A DNA stretch of 56,547 nucleotides from a virus (Duplodnaviria > Caudoviricetes), in IMG/VR virus record IMGVR_UViG_3300010401_000040, positions 1 through 56,547 of that record. One strand, 5' to 3'. The notes under the pieces were generated by a model. It did no database searches. It was not told the origin of the DNA and worked only from the letters and a program-made list of their open reading frames with translations. The translations under genes were made by a program, and so were the position numbers. Shown here piece after piece: positions 34,941 to 43,925 of this stretch (its first letter is position 1; each line of letters starts with the position of its first letter).

Positions 34941-36763
34941 GTGTAGGTCAATTCCTTGCCGTGCCAGTGGTTGTCTGACCTCTCGCGTAGCCTCTTCTTC
35001 CAGGTCCTATCGACGCGCTTGTGAGCCACGCTGCGCTGCACCTTTACCACAAACCCACGGCGTATCGCACCCTCCACGCCGCAGACCAGGGCGTCGAATA
35101 AGTCGGGAGAGCGACCGCTCTTAATCTTCATCTTCTCCTTGGGCTCAATCTGGATCTTCTTAGCCTGCCAGCCCCACTCGCGCATTGCCCCCTCGGCCAT
35201 AACCTCCTCCGTCATGCCGCGGAACTGACCAGCCTGGATGGCGTAGCTCACGTTGAACCACAACTCTGAGACCATGTTGAAGTAGTAGTCCTTGCAGTAG
35301 ACGTCGATATCGCTCGACACCTTGCGGTCGTTGTGGGGTAGACCGCCAAACTCAACGCCCTGCACCAGCGGCGACCAGATGCGGCCAAAGGCGTTCATGA
35401 GCGAGCCGCGACCGGTTGAGTCAAAGAAGAAGTTGTCCGGTGATATACCGCGCCGCTCGCATTGGTCCTTCACGAAGGTGGCGATCTGATCCTCTGGCAT
35501 GTCGTTGATGTTATCCGAGACTGGCACGAGCAGTGTGTCGACCAGGGCGAGAATCTGGTTATTGGGAAGAGAGTCCACTTTCTGGGTCATGATCGCCGAG
35601 ACTATCTGCTCGCCGGTTGGGGTCACTGATTCGAGTCCAAACTCCAGAACTCCAAAGACGCAACGGTCGCCACCAACGCCGCGGTAGGCTGCGTCGAGGA
35701 ACCCAATCTTTACGCGCTGCGTGTCCTTCCAGGAAGGCTCCTCCATTGCGTGGAACTTGAAGCACATCTGGCGTGTGATCACCCGTCGGATAGCAGTGCC
35801 GCGTGGCATGCGGCCCAGGTCCATCATGGAGAACTGGAGGCTGTCCTGGCCGTAGAAGGCGATGTCGGCGTCGATCTGTGCCTGCGTAATAAGCGGGATG
35901 CCTAGCTTGCCATCGAGGTTGGGAGAGTCAGTCCCCACTAGCTGTATGCAAACACCATTGGGGAATCGCGTCTCCCAGGACTTGGTCCCACCGGTCTGGT
36001 CAATGCCCCCATCCCATCCGCCGAGGTGCGCGGCGGGCTCGCAGATAACACCCAGCGCGTCGGTGATATCCTTGGGGTTACCCGAGAAGACACCCTTGAA
36101 GTCTGCGTTCTTGTTGAGGTTGGAGATCGAGTCGACAAACTGACGCGGCAGGAACTGGCACTCATCGCCCAGCATCCGCAGGCGCTTGTTCTTGATGCCG
36201 ACATACTCCTCGATGCCCTGGAAGGATTGGCCCTTCTTGCAGGCCACACCGACAATGCCGTTGCGGAAGTCTCTACCCTCAGCCGCGACACTGCGATCGT
36301 CGCTGACGATGCGCTGGCGCCCCTCTATCAGGTTGCCTGGAAGCCACGCGAAGCTCGCCTTGGCTGTGCGGTGCAGCTTCTTTATCTCACCCAGAATACG
36401 CATCTCTAAAGACTCCCTGGTGGTGCTGGAGACTAGCACCGTGGTGCACCAGAAATAGGCGTAGTAATCCATGAGCACGCACGCCGCAGGGATGAAGGTC
36501 TTCCCAGTGGAAGCCGGTCCTATCTGGCCGATGATGCGATACTTAAGGTATAGCTTCACCTGCATGTCGGCCCACTCGTGCCACTTGATCCAGGGCCAGG
36601 CGATCTGCATCGCTCTCTTGAAGTGGAACTCCAGGCCCTCCCCGGCCATCTCCCCGTTGCTCTTCTTCCACCTACCTCCGTGACGATACATGTCCAACTC
36701 GATAGAAAGTGCGTCAACGCTCCAGGGCCACTTCAGGTTATAGATGACTCTTGGCTCAGGCAT
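34937..36763 (-). CDS. terL: terminase large subunit
   Basis: Walker A GPASTGKT, Walker B MLGDE, SGNP coupling motif, nuclease GFLDAA...GGDRC, FFDSTGRG, SPDLFDA; start at MPEPRV. Confidence 0.9.
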   Translation of the reverse strand: MPEPRVIYNLKWPWSVDALSIELDMYRHGGRWKKSNGEMAGEGLEFHFKRAMQIAWPWIKWHEWADMQVKLYLKYRIIGQIGPASTGKTFIPAACVLMDYYAYFWCTTVLVSSTTRESLEMRILGEIKKLHRTAKASFAWLPGNLIEGRQRIVSDDRSVAAEGRDFRNGIVGVACKKGQSFQGIEEYVGIKNKRLRMLGDECQFLPRQFVDSISNLNKNADFKGVFSGNPKDITDALGVICEPAAHLGGWDGGIDQTGGTKSWETRFPNGVCIQLVGTDSPNLDGKLGIPLITQAQIDADIAFYGQDSLQFSMMDLGRMPRGTAIRRVITRQMCFKFHAMEEPSWKDTQRVKIGFLDAAYRGVGGDRCVFGVLEFGLESVTPTGEQIVSAIMTQKVDSLPNNQILALVDTLLVPVSDNINDMPEDQIATFVKDQCERRGISPDNFFFDSTGRGSLMNAFGRIWSPLVQGVEFGGLPHNDRKVSSDIDVYCKDYYFNMVSELWFNVSYAIQAGQFRGMTEEVMAEGAMREWGWQAKKIQIEPKEKMKIKSGRSPDLFDALVCGVEGAIRRGFVVKVQRSVAHKRVDRTWKKRLRERSDNHWHGKELTYT

Positions 36764-36812
36764 TTGTTGTTGAATTAGTAAGGCAAAGCCATACTGTTGG
36801 GCCAGAAGATTT

Positions 36813-38636
36813 ATGCCGGTATCCGATGTAACTATTGTCGATGGCAGCATGGATTGGGCAGGCGGAGTGGACAGCGTTCGAGTTCCTACTATTCAGAGTT
36901 CACTCAACCCCAACGGCCTTGCGCGAAACCAGCTGGCGTGGTTGGACAATGCTACAGTGCGGGATGGCGGCATAACTCCTCGCGGCGGCTACGTCGACAT
37001 AGGCCAAATCCACGATGGCAGCGGACTCTTCCAGGGGAAGTTCATGTATGACCCGATCAATGCCGACCCCTACATCATCGCTGCCATCTCCGGTCGAATC
37101 TATAAGGTCACCATCACGCCATCGCTCACAGTTACCGACTTAAGCGCTGCGTTCAATTTGTTCATGCCTGCGTCTCAGGTCTACTTCTTCTTCTGCCAGG
37201 CTGAACAGTTCCTGGTCATCCAGGCCGGGGACAATGTGACGCTGCCGCTCTTTTGGGATGGCGCAACACTGAGGCGATCCAAGGGCATCACCAACACAGC
37301 GGTGGCGCCTGGCACTCCCGGCATCAACGAGATACCCGCAGCGACTGCCATGGATTATTACATGGGTCGCCTGTGGTATGCGACCGGGCGCACGGGCAAC
37401 GCCGGTGACATGGTGTTTGGTCCTAGCGGGACGGCAGCCTACCGGTTTACTGACGCTGTGCTCAATGTAACCGAGAACCCGTTGGTCGTTGGTGGTGACG
37501 GCTTCGCGGTCCCCAGCCAGTCGGGAAATATCCGAGCCATCTTCCACAACGCGAATCTCAATTCACAGCTAGGCCAGGGGAACCTGTTCTTTGGAACCCG
37601 CCGCGCGGTCTACTCGCTCAACGTCCCTATCACCCGAACGGATTGGATTGGTGCCACGAACCAGAACCAGCCGCTCATGACCGTGGTGCAGTTAGTCAAC
37701 GGCCCGGTTAACGACCGATCGGTAGTGCAGGTGAACGGAGATGTTTACTACCAATCGCTAGAGCCCTCCGTGCGCTCGCTGCTCTCCTCGCTGCGCTACT
37801 GGAACCAGCCGGGAAATATTGAGATCAGCGCCCAGGAAAACCGGGTGCTCCAATTCAACGACCGGGCGCTCTTGCGCTTTGGCAGCGGGATTGAGTTTGG
37901 CTCGCGCCTATACCAAACGGCGCTGCCTCGTCAGTTACCCCAGGGTGTGGTGCACGACGCCTTGATGCCGTTAGACTTTATTCCCATGTCCACCTTCGGC
38001 GCTAACCAGGCACCGATATGGGAAGGGATGCAGGAGGGGCTAGCCATCCTGCAGATGACCACCGGCGACTTTGGCGGAAACCAGCGCAGCTTCGCCATGG
38101 CGGTATCGCCGTTGGACTCCACGATCCGGCTCTGGGAGTTAACCGAGTTCAACCGATTCGACACCGACCGGCTGGACCCCTCCGCGCGCATAGATTGGTA
38201 TGCGGAATTCCCTGCGCTTACCTGGGGCGATGCCTTCATGTCCAAGAAGCTGGTCAGCCTGGAGCTCTGGGTGGACCGGGTATTTGGCACCGTCCTATTC
38301 AAGGTCCAATACCGTCCTGACGGAGAGACTTGCTGGATCGATTGGCACACCTGGAAGATCTGCTCGGCTAAGAACAGCTGCGAGGACGCCAACAATCCCA
38401 TCTGCTATCCGATTAAGGAATTTGGCGAGGGCTACCGCGCGACCATGACCTTGCCGGTGCCGCCGGTGAAGTGCGAGGCTGCCAACCATCGCCCCTCCAA
38501 TATCGGCTACCAGTTCCAGACCAAACTGATTGTGAAGGGCTACTGCCGTGTGCGCGGCCACCTTCTCCATGCTGAAAAACAGGATCGCCAGCTTTACCAG
38601 AACCTGGTGTGCGGTCAGGAGTTTCAAGTGCCATGA
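36813..38636 (+). CDS. tail nozzle/stabilisation protein (P22 gp10 / T7 gp12-like)
   Basis: LNPNGLARNQLAWLDNATVRDG N-terminus, beta-propeller composition, C-terminal FQTKLIVKG. Confidence 0.68.
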   Translation: MPVSDVTIVDGSMDWAGGVDSVRVPTIQSSLNPNGLARNQLAWLDNATVRDGGITPRGGYVDIGQIHDGSGLFQGKFMYDPINADPYIIAAISGRIYKVTITPSLTVTDLSAAFNLFMPASQVYFFFCQAEQFLVIQAGDNVTLPLFWDGATLRRSKGITNTAVAPGTPGINEIPAATAMDYYMGRLWYATGRTGNAGDMVFGPSGTAAYRFTDAVLNVTENPLVVGGDGFAVPSQSGNIRAIFHNANLNSQLGQGNLFFGTRRAVYSLNVPITRTDWIGATNQNQPLMTVVQLVNGPVNDRSVVQVNGDVYYQSLEPSVRSLLSSLRYWNQPGNIEISAQENRVLQFNDRALLRFGSGIEFGSRLYQTALPRQLPQGVVHDALMPLDFIPMSTFGANQAPIWEGMQEGLAILQMTTGDFGGNQRSFAMAVSPLDSTIRLWELTEFNRFDTDRLDPSARIDWYAEFPALTWGDAFMSKKLVSLELWVDRVFGTVLFKVQYRPDGETCWIDWHTWKICSAKNSCEDANNPICYPIKEFGEGYRATMTLPVPPVKCEAANHRPSNIGYQFQTKLIVKGYCRVRGHLLHAEKQDRQLYQNLVCGQEFQVP

Positions 38637-40471
38637 ACTTTCCTTGCAAGTTTAACTCGCCCTGCATCGACCCCGCCAATCCACTGGCCAACACCACGGT
38701 GGAGCGTCCCGACTTTGACGTCTTTATCGGATTTAACTCCGACTGGGCTGGGCTGCCGCCGATTGGATCGCTGTGGACCAGCACCGGGTGCAAGAGCCAG
38801 TGCCTCTCCGAGGTGAGCCAGGAGGCTGCTGATATCTGTGCGGCTAACCAGCAATACCTTTGCACCACGACCAACAACGACGGGGGCGGACCTGACGACC
38901 CAGGATGGCACGACCCAAACAACGGCGGCAGGGCCTACCCGGAGTTTGTCAATGACGCCGAGAGTTGCGACGCGCATTGCCCTGATGGCCTGGTATTCAC
39001 CTACACGGTTCCCGCTGGAACAATCCTGGGAACCGACAAGGGCCGAGTTAATGGCGCCGCGATTTCACTGGCCTGCCGCAACGCCCGCAGGCACCAGGTC
39101 TGCCTGAGCTCCCTATTGCCTACCGTTGGCACGACCGGCATTGCCTACAGTGGCACCATCACCGCCAGCGGTCCCACGGTGAGCTCGACCAGTAATTTGT
39201 GGACCAATCCCGGCGGTGGCTTGCCGCCCGGCATCACGCTCGCCTTCAATGTCGGTGGGGCAACGCTGACTCTCTCGGGGACACCGACAGTGGCGGGGAC
39301 CTATTCGTTCCTCATCAGCGTGCTCACGACTGCTGGTGATTTCATGAGCAAGCTGTTCACGATCGTGGTCTCGGGCCCGACCTGCTCGGCGGCTCCGGCC
39401 AAGGTCTGGAGTAACGCGAGTCCCACCGGTCAAACGATGGACACTTTCTTTAGCGGTGTGGGAACCATCGACGGGCTGGCCCTGGTCACCGACCAGAGCA
39501 GGCTGTTCATGAATGAGTCCTCGACTCCAGCCAGCTGGTTCTTTGACACCTACGATATCACGGCCTCAAGTCCCATTGCCAAGCTGGGGCTATTTGCCAC
39601 TGACGGCGGATTCCCCGCGTGCACCTCGGCCATCTATGTTACTGGCTACAACCGCCTGGTCTGCGTGTGCCAGCACTTCAACGGGGCGACCTACGACCTG
39701 TGGCTCTATTTTATCAACAGCGATGGGACCGTCCTATCGCACATCACAGGCCTCACCACCGAGACAGTCAATAACCCGTTCTGCGCTACGGACAATAACC
39801 CCAGCGGGATACCCTTCATCGGCTGGATCAGCAGCAACGGTTCGTTGGGATCAATGTCCAAGATATTCCTAATTAACCCTGTCACTCAGACCGTGGTGAC
39901 AAGTGCCAGCCTGCCCGCCACTCACTGCTTTGGCCTTTGCTACAGCTGCGTCACGGACAGCTTCTTCACCACTCTATCGGGCAATCTCCTGGAGTATGAC
40001 CGGGCCACACTCGCGCTCAAGAACACCTACGTCGGCGTAGCTACAGGGAAGGATCGCGTGGAGTATATCAAGAGCACAAAAGAATTGTGGCTCTGGCCCA
40101 GTGCCTCGGGTGGCCCGATGAACGTGCCGATCGTTGACCCGACTAACGGCACAGTAAAAACCACTCTGGTCCTGGTCGATGGGTTCACCGGCTTTACCAG
40201 CTACTCCCCGGCCTACAATGAAAAGCTGGACGCCTTCTGCATCCCCGGACCTATCTCCGGGTTCAGTGGCAACCCTTACATCTACTACTTCTACGACTGC
40301 CAAACCCGGCTGCTCAAGAAGCAGGTCGACATTACCGCGCAATACAATCTGTTCTCCTTCTCCCAATGGCAGGCGCAGGCGTTCAACCCAGCCACCGGCA
40401 GCGTGTATCTGGCGGGTGCACCCTACAATGGGACCTCCAACAAGGGCATCATCGAGATCGGCACAACCTAG
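38633..40471 (+). CDS. tail fibre/receptor-binding protein: Cys-rich N-terminus, Ig-like (He_PIG) domain, beta-propeller
   Basis: GGLPPGITL...LSGTPTVAGTYSF; repeated blades at the C-terminus. Confidence 0.7.
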   Translation: MNFPCKFNSPCIDPANPLANTTVERPDFDVFIGFNSDWAGLPPIGSLWTSTGCKSQCLSEVSQEAADICAANQQYLCTTTNNDGGGPDDPGWHDPNNGGRAYPEFVNDAESCDAHCPDGLVFTYTVPAGTILGTDKGRVNGAAISLACRNARRHQVCLSSLLPTVGTTGIAYSGTITASGPTVSSTSNLWTNPGGGLPPGITLAFNVGGATLTLSGTPTVAGTYSFLISVLTTAGDFMSKLFTIVVSGPTCSAAPAKVWSNASPTGQTMDTFFSGVGTIDGLALVTDQSRLFMNESSTPASWFFDTYDITASSPIAKLGLFATDGGFPACTSAIYVTGYNRLVCVCQHFNGATYDLWLYFINSDGTVLSHITGLTTETVNNPFCATDNNPSGIPFIGWISSNGSLGSMSKIFLINPVTQTVVTSASLPATHCFGLCYSCVTDSFFTTLSGNLLEYDRATLALKNTYVGVATGKDRVEYIKSTKELWLWPSASGGPMNVPIVDPTNGTVKTTLVLVDGFTGFTSYSPAYNEKLDAFCIPGPISGFSGNPYIYYFYDCQTRLLKKQVDITAQYNLFSFSQWQAQAFNPATGSVYLAGAPYNGTSNKGIIEIGTT

Positions 40472-40478
40472 AGGACCC

Positions 40479-40507
40479 TTGACCTATCCCTCACAGAGGA
40501 GTAAAAG
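40479..40507 (+). promoter_or_regulatory. leaderless promoter
   Basis: TTGACC-N17-TAAAAG-N6-ATG(40514). Confidence 0.6.
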
Positions 40508-40513
40508 CACGCT

Positions 40514-41590
40514 ATGCAGCGCCTGAGACTTTACGATTGTCGGGTCAGCAGCCTGCCCACGTCGGTTGGCCTGTGTCAATCGGACAAGGCGGGTGTGGCT
40601 GAGGTGGTAAACTCGGCGCAGCGGCGTCTGCTCTACTGTAAGGAGGCAGGAGAAGAGTCTTGGTGGGGCACCTGGGCTGAGGTCCAGTTCACCGTCTCGC
40701 GCACCAATCCCTACGTCACCCTGGACAACACCATCGCGCGTATCGAGTATGCCGACGTTTGCACTCGACCCGTTGAAGTGAATAACCAGTTCGTAGAGTT
40801 CCTGCGCTTTGGCAATGGCAGGCTGCCCAAGCTATTCCGGCAGGGTCATTGCGGATGCTTCAGGCCTGCTCTCTACTCGAGGAACAACTCGCCCACCTTC
40901 ACCGACCTATCGAGCCCGCCGCAGTATCTGCGCGCCTATGCCACCGACTCCAGTGACTACGGCAAGCGCGTGATGATCTCGGGCACCGACAGCAACGATA
41001 ACAAGATTTACACGCAGGACTTCTTTGAGAGGGCGCAAGGACAGTTCGAGGTGTTGGCTAATCCATTCACGCAGTGGCCGATGACGTTCAATAGCATCAC
41101 GGGCATCCAGAAGGACGTCACCAATTTCCCCGTCCAGATCTTCCAGGCCGACCCCACGACGGGAGAACAGGTGCTGTTAGTCACGATGCAGCCCAACGAG
41201 ACCACGGCGTGGTATCGGCGTTACTACTTCAACAATCTGCCGTTCAACTGCTGCACCTTCACTGGCCCCAACCCTTGCTCGCCGGTAACGCCAGCTGAGA
41301 GCGTCCAGATTAACGCCATCGTGAAGCTGGAGTTTCAACCGGTGGTAGCTGACACCGACTATTGCCTCATCCAAAACCTGGAGGCGCTGAAGGAAGAGGC
41401 GATGGCCGTGCGATACTCGACAATGGACAGCGCTGAGTCCAAGCAGCTGGCGGCAATAAAGCACAAGGAAGCAGTGCGCTACCTTAACGGAGAGCTAGCC
41501 CATTACCTCGGTATCGACTCGCCCGCCATCAACGTCGCCGTGTTTGGCTCCGCCCGTCTGGAGAAGCAGGGCATTGGAACCATGATCTAG
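40514..41590 (+). CDS. head-tail adaptor / tail tubular-like protein
   Basis: N-terminal helical hairpin (VNSAQRRL), beta insert, C-terminal helices. Confidence 0.6.
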   Translation: MQRLRLYDCRVSSLPTSVGLCQSDKAGVAEVVNSAQRRLLYCKEAGEESWWGTWAEVQFTVSRTNPYVTLDNTIARIEYADVCTRPVEVNNQFVEFLRFGNGRLPKLFRQGHCGCFRPALYSRNNSPTFTDLSSPPQYLRAYATDSSDYGKRVMISGTDSNDNKIYTQDFFERAQGQFEVLANPFTQWPMTFNSITGIQKDVTNFPVQIFQADPTTGEQVLLVTMQPNETTAWYRRYYFNNLPFNCCTFTGPNPCSPVTPAESVQINAIVKLEFQPVVADTDYCLIQNLEALKEEAMAVRYSTMDSAESKQLAAIKHKEAVRYLNGELAHYLGIDSPAINVAVFGSARLEKQGIGTMI

Positions 41591-41592
41591 CT

Positions 41593-42546
41593 ATGCCAGG
41601 CACTAATTACTTAGCCCAATACAATTTCGGACACGCTTGGGGAGATGCCTCCGGGGCACCGTCAAGCGCGCCCACAGCGACTCCGGGAAATATACAAGGC
41701 GCACCAGGTCAACCAGGCCAGGGCGCCTTCGGTAAAGTCCCGCAGGTCCCCGACCCGTTCAATACCCAGAAGGGAGCCATAGGCGGCAACATGGGAAACC
41801 TGGGATCGCTCTACGGCCTGGGCAACAGCCTCAACACCGAGATAGCGCACGAAGCGGCTCTGCCATACCAACTCAATCTCCCCAACTACGGCGCGATGAC
41901 CGGCCAATCATCCAACAACATCCTGTCGCTGCTCAAGGGCCAGGTCCCGCCCGACGTTCTGGCGCAGATCGGACAGATGGCAGCCGAGCGTGGTGTGGCT
42001 ACTGGTTCCATTGGCTCTCCCAATTCCAACGCGGCATTGTTGAGGGCGCTGGGTCAGACCTCTCTGGGGTTGCAGCAGCAAGGCGAGACTGAACTCACTG
42101 GCGCCATCAACCGCACGCCAACCGGCAAACAATTTGATCCCACCTCATTCCTGGTGAACCCATCGCAATACCAGGACTCGCGGTATCTGGCTAACGTGCT
42201 CTCCTCGGCCCCAGACCCATCCGCGGCAGGCCTGGCTGGGCTTAACGCTGCGCTCTCAGGCCTTGGCGCTGGCAGTGCATTGGGGCGCTACAACCCTCCG
42301 GCCTCCTACACGCCAACGCTCGGCGGAGGCATGCCGTTTAATAGCGGCGGCGGCATAACGCCAGGGTTCGGCCAGGGCGGAGTTCCCAACCCAACCGGAC
42401 AGGGTTACGCGAGCACGACCGACACTCCCTTTGGACCGCCGAACAGTTTTCAACCGGGAGACTTTGAGTCGATGGGGTTCTTCGATGACCAGTCGATGGA
42501 CTACGGAAACTCCGACGCCTTCAACACCGATTACATGTTTGGATAA
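41593..42546 (+). CDS. internal virion/ejection protein (Gly/Pro/Gln-rich)
   Basis: Composition and position before the giant protein. Confidence 0.6.
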   Translation: MPGTNYLAQYNFGHAWGDASGAPSSAPTATPGNIQGAPGQPGQGAFGKVPQVPDPFNTQKGAIGGNMGNLGSLYGLGNSLNTEIAHEAALPYQLNLPNYGAMTGQSSNNILSLLKGQVPPDVLAQIGQMAAERGVATGSIGSPNSNAALLRALGQTSLGLQQQGETELTGAINRTPTGKQFDPTSFLVNPSQYQDSRYLANVLSSAPDPSAAGLAGLNAALSGLGAGSALGRYNPPASYTPTLGGGMPFNSGGGITPGFGQGGVPNPTGQGYASTTDTPFGPPNSFQPGDFESMGFFDDQSMDYGNSDAFNTDYMFG

Positions 42547-42548
42547 TT

Positions 42549-43925
42549 GTGGCTTTAGAAATTCCTCCATGGCTTAGGCCGCCCGAAGATTTGGGTGCGC
42601 AGTATCTGGGTGGCGTTCGCGCGGGTGCCGCTATCCAGCAGGAACAGGCACGCCTCACTCAGGAGACCAACCTGGCCAACATGCGCGCCGCCCTGCAGGC
42701 CCAGGAGTCCGAGCGGCAGAACATGCTGGAGCAGCAGCGCATGGCACAGCAGCACGCCTATCAGCAACAGCAGCTGGGCATCCAGCAACAGGAACTGGCG
42801 CAGGCCCAGCAGTTGAACCAGATCAAGGTTAAGGACGCCGCACAGCGTTTCCAGGCCCAACAGCAGTTCCAGAATTGGCTGCAGCTAAACCCTGACAAGG
42901 ACCCCAGCGAAGGCATCCTCAAGTTCTTTCCCGGAACCGACGAATCCATGCAGGGCTACGGCACGCTGGCTCACAACCTTTTCCTGAGCAAACGCCGCAT
43001 CGAGCCGCCGACCGTCGTCAACATGGACGTCAACGGTCGCGCTGTTCCTTTCCTGCAGATACCTGAGGCCTCCGGTAATTACCGCATGCAAGCTGTCCGG
43101 GATGAGCGCTCCGACGTTGAGGGCCGCATGATGCGGATGCACGAACTCTCTGAACTGGAACGTCGCCGCGACCGCCTGCAGGCCGAACTGGACAAGGACC
43201 CAATGGCCGCGCGCTTCCTTGATGCTGACCCATCAAAGCTGACCAAGGAACAGCTGCCGATGTATAACGCACTCCAGAAGCGCAAGCAGATGGTCGATGA
43301 TTACGACCGGCGTATTGAGGAGGCTTACAAGCGCCGTGGTCAATCCTACGACGACGAAGATAATTTCCCTGAGCCTGGCGACAAATCCTCCGCACCGTCC
43401 ACCGGAGTCAAGGTTGTCTCCATCCGCCAGAAGGGGGCACCTGAGGCTAACCAGGCCGCAGCCCAAGTCCCCGCCGGTCCCACCGACACCATTAGGCCAC
43501 AGCTTGGAGTTGTTGGAGATTACGGGTTGAGGGCACTTAGTCCTCCTCAGGCCGCACCACAGGCTGAGCCACCACCGCCACAGGCACCGTCCGCACCGAG
43601 CGTCCCTGGGCCAGCGTTCCGGCCTTACGAACCAACTCCAAAGGCTACGCCACCACAGGAAACCCTACCTACGACGCACGCCTCCAAGCCGCTCTACGAG
43701 AAGAGCGACTACAAGGACAAGTCCTATAATGACCTGGTAAAGTCCATGCACGCGCTGAGTCCCGCTGACCTGGTCCGCGCCGCCAAACGCATGGGGGTGG
43801 AGAAGACGACTTACGATTCTAACTCTGGTGTCTATTACATTCCGGGGGACAGCATGAGCAAAGATGAATTCATCGACTGGATAGCAGACCTTGCTTTTAA
43901 GACCAATTTGTCTCCTATTAAGTAA
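42549..43925 (+). CDS. internal virion/ejection protein (Gln-rich coiled coil)
   Basis: Composition and position. Confidence 0.62.
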   Translation: MALEIPPWLRPPEDLGAQYLGGVRAGAAIQQEQARLTQETNLANMRAALQAQESERQNMLEQQRMAQQHAYQQQQLGIQQQELAQAQQLNQIKVKDAAQRFQAQQQFQNWLQLNPDKDPSEGILKFFPGTDESMQGYGTLAHNLFLSKRRIEPPTVVNMDVNGRAVPFLQIPEASGNYRMQAVRDERSDVEGRMMRMHELSELERRRDRLQAELDKDPMAARFLDADPSKLTKEQLPMYNALQKRKQMVDDYDRRIEEAYKRRGQSYDDEDNFPEPGDKSSAPSTGVKVVSIRQKGAPEANQAAAQVPAGPTDTIRPQLGVVGDYGLRALSPPQAAPQAEPPPPQAPSAPSVPGPAFRPYEPTPKATPPQETLPTTHASKPLYEKSDYKDKSYNDLVKSMHALSPADLVRAAKRMGVEKTTYDSNSGVYYIPGDSMSKDEFIDWIADLAFKTNLSPIK

